Shown here: positions 36,979 through 39,866 of the stretch, in pieces | Layout of the letters: each line of letters opens with the position of its first letter | Numbering within the stretch: the first letter of the stretch is position 1 | Assembly (NCBI GenBank): GCA_029856125.1 | Contig: JAHQWJ010000051.1 | Span: 1 to 39,866, forward strand | DNA: 39,866 bases | Source: Promethearchaeia archaeon | Lineage (GTDB): Archaea; Asgardarchaeota; Lokiarchaeia; Sigyniarchaeales; SOKP01 | Direction of reading: 5' to 3' | Notes under the pieces: model-generated | The model's database searches: none | Told to the model about the DNA's origin: nothing | What the model saw: the letters and a program-made list of their open reading frames with translations, nothing else | Position numbers and translations under genes: made by a program

Positions 36979-38037
36979 ATGATTAAATTGAGAATTGTTG
37001 ATTTAAGGTCTGATACAGTAACAAAACCTTCTCCTGAGATGTGGGACACGATAAAATTAATGGATAATTCTAAGCTAGGAGATGATGTAGAGGGAGAGGA
37101 TCCAACTGTTAATGAATTAGAAGAAAAAGCTGCTAAACTCGTTGGAAAAGAAGCAGCCCTACTAGTAACTTCGGGAACTCAGGGCAATTTAGTGTCAGTG
37201 CTCTCGCAAACAAAACCTGGTGATGAAATATTATTAGAGGAATTTAACCATATATATGCCCATGAAGTAGGGAACGCAGCAAGGATCGGAGGATTAATGA
37301 TTAGAACATATTCTTCTAATAAAGGAGTTCCCTCTTTTGAGTATTTACAATCTTTAATTAGAGATAAGGAGAATATACATAATCCTCCATCATCACTATT
37401 GTGCACCGAGAATACTCATAATTACCATGGTGGTGCTATAATTAGTATTGATACTCTAAGGAGAATGAAAGAATTCGCAAAGAAAAATGAACTAAAATTT
37501 CACTTAGATGGTGCAAGAATTTTTAACGCAGCAGTTGGATTAAACGTACCAGTTACAGAATTTACAAAACATGTTGATAGCGTAATGTTTTGTTTGTCTA
37601 AAGGGCTCTCATGCCCTGTAGGATCGATTGTAGCCGGTTCCAAAGAAACAATTGCTAAAGCAAGGAAGTTTCGAAAAATGCTTGGAGGGGGAATGCGTCA
37701 AGCAGGAATTATTGCTGCTTTTGGACTCATTGCACTAAAACCTAAATGGATAAATAGACTTAACGAGGATCATAAAAATGCGAAACTTCTAGCTGAAGGA
37801 TTAAAAACTATTAGCTTGCCAGTAAAGGTTCATCCTCCAGACACAAATATAGTGATCGTTGAGTTGTTAGAAAAGGTAAAAATACATAAAATAATTAATC
37901 AACTAAACAATGCAGGAATATTAGCATTTAACATTAGTAAACAAAAAATTAGGTTTGTCACTCATTATGGAATTGATGAACATGATGTTGATCATAGTAT
38001 TGAGCAAATCGGATTTATTTTAAAAAAGAATTTGTAA
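36979..38037 (+). CDS. ltaE: low-specificity L-threonine aldolase
   Basis: DLRSDTVT, GDDV..EDPTV, SGTQGN, HLDGARIFNA, CLSKGL, GGGMRQAG, RFVTH. Confidence 0.93.
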   Translation: MIKLRIVDLRSDTVTKPSPEMWDTIKLMDNSKLGDDVEGEDPTVNELEEKAAKLVGKEAALLVTSGTQGNLVSVLSQTKPGDEILLEEFNHIYAHEVGNAARIGGLMIRTYSSNKGVPSFEYLQSLIRDKENIHNPPSSLLCTENTHNYHGGAIISIDTLRRMKEFAKKNELKFHLDGARIFNAAVGLNVPVTEFTKHVDSVMFCLSKGLSCPVGSIVAGSKETIAKARKFRKMLGGGMRQAGIIAAFGLIALKPKWINRLNEDHKNAKLLAEGLKTISLPVKVHPPDTNIVIVELLEKVKIHKIINQLNNAGILAFNISKQKIRFVTHYGIDEHDVDHSIEQIGFILKKNL

Positions 38038-38087
38038 CAGCCTAAAAAATTATTAAATTCAATATTGAAGGAGTAGAAACTTAACTA

Positions 38088-38909
38088 ATGGATATAGACG
38101 ATTTTGAAGACATTTTATATGAGAAAGAGGAAAATGGTATTTGTACGATTACCATAAATAGACCAGAAAGACGAAATGCAGTTACACATTTGTCATTTCT
38201 AGAGATTTTTACAGTTTTAGGGGATATGGAAAAAGATAAGAACGCAAAAGTCCTCATAATCACGGGAAATCCCGAGGGAAATGCATTCTCATCCGGTGGG
38301 TATTTTGAGCCAAACTACTTTGAAAAGATACATAAAGAGATCAGAGCGGAAATAGATCTGATGGATATAGCTCAAAAAAGATTATGTATGGCACTCTGGA
38401 AATTTACTAAACCCGTTATTGCTGCGATAAACGGATTGGCAATTGGTGGTGCCATTACAATGCCATTATCTGGAGCGGATCTTATATATATAGCTGAGGA
38501 TGCTTGGTTGGGATTTTATTTTTCCCAGAGAGCCATCATCCCTGAATTTAGTGCCTCGTTTATGTTGCCTTTTTTAGTTGGATTTCAAAAAGCTAAGGAA
38601 ATTTGTTTTTTTGGTGATAAAATCACAGCCCAAAAAGCTTTTGAGCTTGGTCTCGTGAACAAAGTCTTACCCAGGGAAGAATTAATACCATTTGCTAGAC
38701 AACAAGCGTTGAGATTAATTCCTCCTAAAGGACCATCTCTATCGCTAAAACTAATGAAAAAAACCATGCACGCTTATTTCATTGATATTTTAGATAAAAC
38801 ATTAGATTTAGAAAATAAAAGTTTAAGGAGAACATTTAGATCAAAAGATTTCAACGAATCCATGAGAGCTTTAAAAGAAAAGAGAGACCCCGTTTTTATT
38901 GGGCGATAA
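38088..38909 (+). CDS. crotonase-superfamily protein (enoyl-CoA isomerase-like)
   Basis: ITINRPERRNA, KPVIAAINGLAIGG, IIPEFSA, ELGLVNKV. Confidence 0.9.
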   Translation: MDIDDFEDILYEKEENGICTITINRPERRNAVTHLSFLEIFTVLGDMEKDKNAKVLIITGNPEGNAFSSGGYFEPNYFEKIHKEIRAEIDLMDIAQKRLCMALWKFTKPVIAAINGLAIGGAITMPLSGADLIYIAEDAWLGFYFSQRAIIPEFSASFMLPFLVGFQKAKEICFFGDKITAQKAFELGLVNKVLPREELIPFARQQALRLIPPKGPSLSLKLMKKTMHAYFIDILDKTLDLENKSLRRTFRSKDFNESMRALKEKRDPVFIGR

Positions 38910-38960
38910 TTAAAAAACTTTTTTTTAAAAATTAAGAAAGAGTGGAAAAAATTTTAATAT

Positions 38961-39785
38961 TTATTTAGATCGCCATTTCGGTTTAGTTTTCTGCAATCTT
39001 GCGAGAGCCCCGGACATTGCATCTTTAGTTTGAAGTAATTGAGAACTGACTAAAGTTTCTAATTCAAGCCCAAAAAATACATCTTTACCGTAACAATTGT
39101 CAATTAATTTTTTTGCTAAACCTACGGCGAGTGGAGCGCTATCAATAAGTTCGTCGGAATACATTTTAATAATTGAATCTAATTCCTCGGGAGTTTTTGC
39201 TACTCTATTTACAACTCCAAGCCTGTAAGCTTCGTTTCCGTCGAAATTCCTTCCTGTCAAAATAATGTCTTTAGCGTTAGGGATTCCACATAGTCTTACT
39301 GTTCTTATAGTTCCTCCTACATCTGGATTCATCCCAATCTTTGTTTCTAGCATGCTAAAATTCGCGGAATCTAAACAGAATCTAAAATCACAAGCGAGTG
39401 ATAGCTCAAAAGCCATGCCAAAACAATAACCGTTAATTTTAGCTATTACTGGTTTTTCCATTTTTTCAATTTTAGTAAAAATTGGCTGTATCCAAGTATT
39501 AGCGAAATATCTAAAATTGTGGGGTACTCTTAAATCCGGAATTACTCCTTCTGGATCTTTTTCTTGGCCTGTTAAAAAGTTCAAGTCGATACCTGCACTA
39601 AAAAAATCGTCCCCACCTGTGATAATGACGACCCTAGTTTTAGATCTCTCAACTTTATCTATAGCATTCTGAAGTCCTACTAATAAATCATAATTCATCG
39701 CATTTTTCTTTGCTGGTCGGTTCAATTTTATAGTTGTTGTACTTCCATCTTCGTTTTCTTCTATTAAAACTGCTTTTTCATTCAC
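38961..39785 (-). CDS. crotonase-superfamily enoyl-CoA hydratase/dienoyl-CoA isomerase-like protein
   Basis: LNRPAKKNAM, FSAGIDL, KPVIAKINGYCFGMAFEL, LETKIGMNPDVGG. Confidence 0.92.
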   Translation of the reverse strand: MNEKAVLIEENEDGSTTTIKLNRPAKKNAMNYDLLVGLQNAIDKVERSKTRVVIITGGDDFFSAGIDLNFLTGQEKDPEGVIPDLRVPHNFRYFANTWIQPIFTKIEKMEKPVIAKINGYCFGMAFELSLACDFRFCLDSANFSMLETKIGMNPDVGGTIRTVRLCGIPNAKDIILTGRNFDGNEAYRLGVVNRVAKTPEELDSIIKMYSDELIDSAPLAVGLAKKLIDNCYGKDVFFGLELETLVSSQLLQTKDAMSGALARLQKTKPKWRSK

Positions 39786-39866
39786 AATTTTTCACTTTAA
39801 TAATTTTAATTAATTCTTATAAATATAATAAAGGTAAAAAAAAAATGTATTAAATTTTTATTATAT

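Noticed and set aside
134-38767. Short ORFs overlapping larger genes (e.g. 134-367, 497-703, 2225-2419, 3192-3452, 8161-8409, 13117-13356, 19762-19956, 31366-31611, 33890-34183, 38585-38767)
   Set aside because: They are antisense or alternate-frame shadows of well-supported genes and carry no family motifs.
1-39866. rRNA, tRNA, CRISPR array, transposase or integrase
   Set aside because: No GC-rich structured RNA-like stretch, regularly spaced repeat or DDE/tyrosine-recombinase ORF was seen; nearly all sequence is explained by CDSs.

Overview
AT-rich, gene-dense archaeal chromosomal segment, most consistent with an Asgard archaeon of the Lokiarchaeia type. The evidence for this is the tetraether-lipid synthase Tes, archaeal CdhB/CdhC, a Rab-like GTPase with longin/roadblock neighbours, and many crotonase/thiolase genes; the taxonomy is inferred, not database-checked. 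There are about 42 CDSs and I found no rRNA, tRNA, CRISPR array or transposase. In order, the window holds: a MoaD-like gene and a tes operon; pncB; a HeH-SWIM-(OB) protein; a TetR regulator; small orphans; an epoxide-hydrolase-like enzyme; a membrane PHP protein; an Mre11-like nuclease without Rad50; an NMNAT-like enzyme; cdhB-cdhC with divergent cooT; a solitary N6-methyltransferase-TRD fusion; FabK/NMO with a ferredoxin; a co-oriented signalling-like block (coiled coil, longin+roadblock, Rab-like GTPase, roadblock-like paralogue, V4R/MetOD1-like protein); an OsmC-Zn-ribbon protein; a Cys-less thiolase-DUF35-SCP2 operon; a 9-kb PLP/imine-reductase amino-acid cluster with an ABC importer; and crotonases. 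The best leads are: (1) the GTPase-longin-roadblock-V4R block, whose domain set recalls eukaryotic TRAPP/Ragulator GTPase regulators; (2) an aminotransferase/aldolase/dehydratase/imine-reductase cluster with the reaction logic of the beta-hydroxyaspartate cycle and EutBC; (3) an orphan ending in a proteasome-docking HbYX (YYI) tail; (4) a 40-55 bp intergenic element present three times, one copy carrying a FadR-like palindrome. All family calls come from motif recognition by eye; no searches were run.
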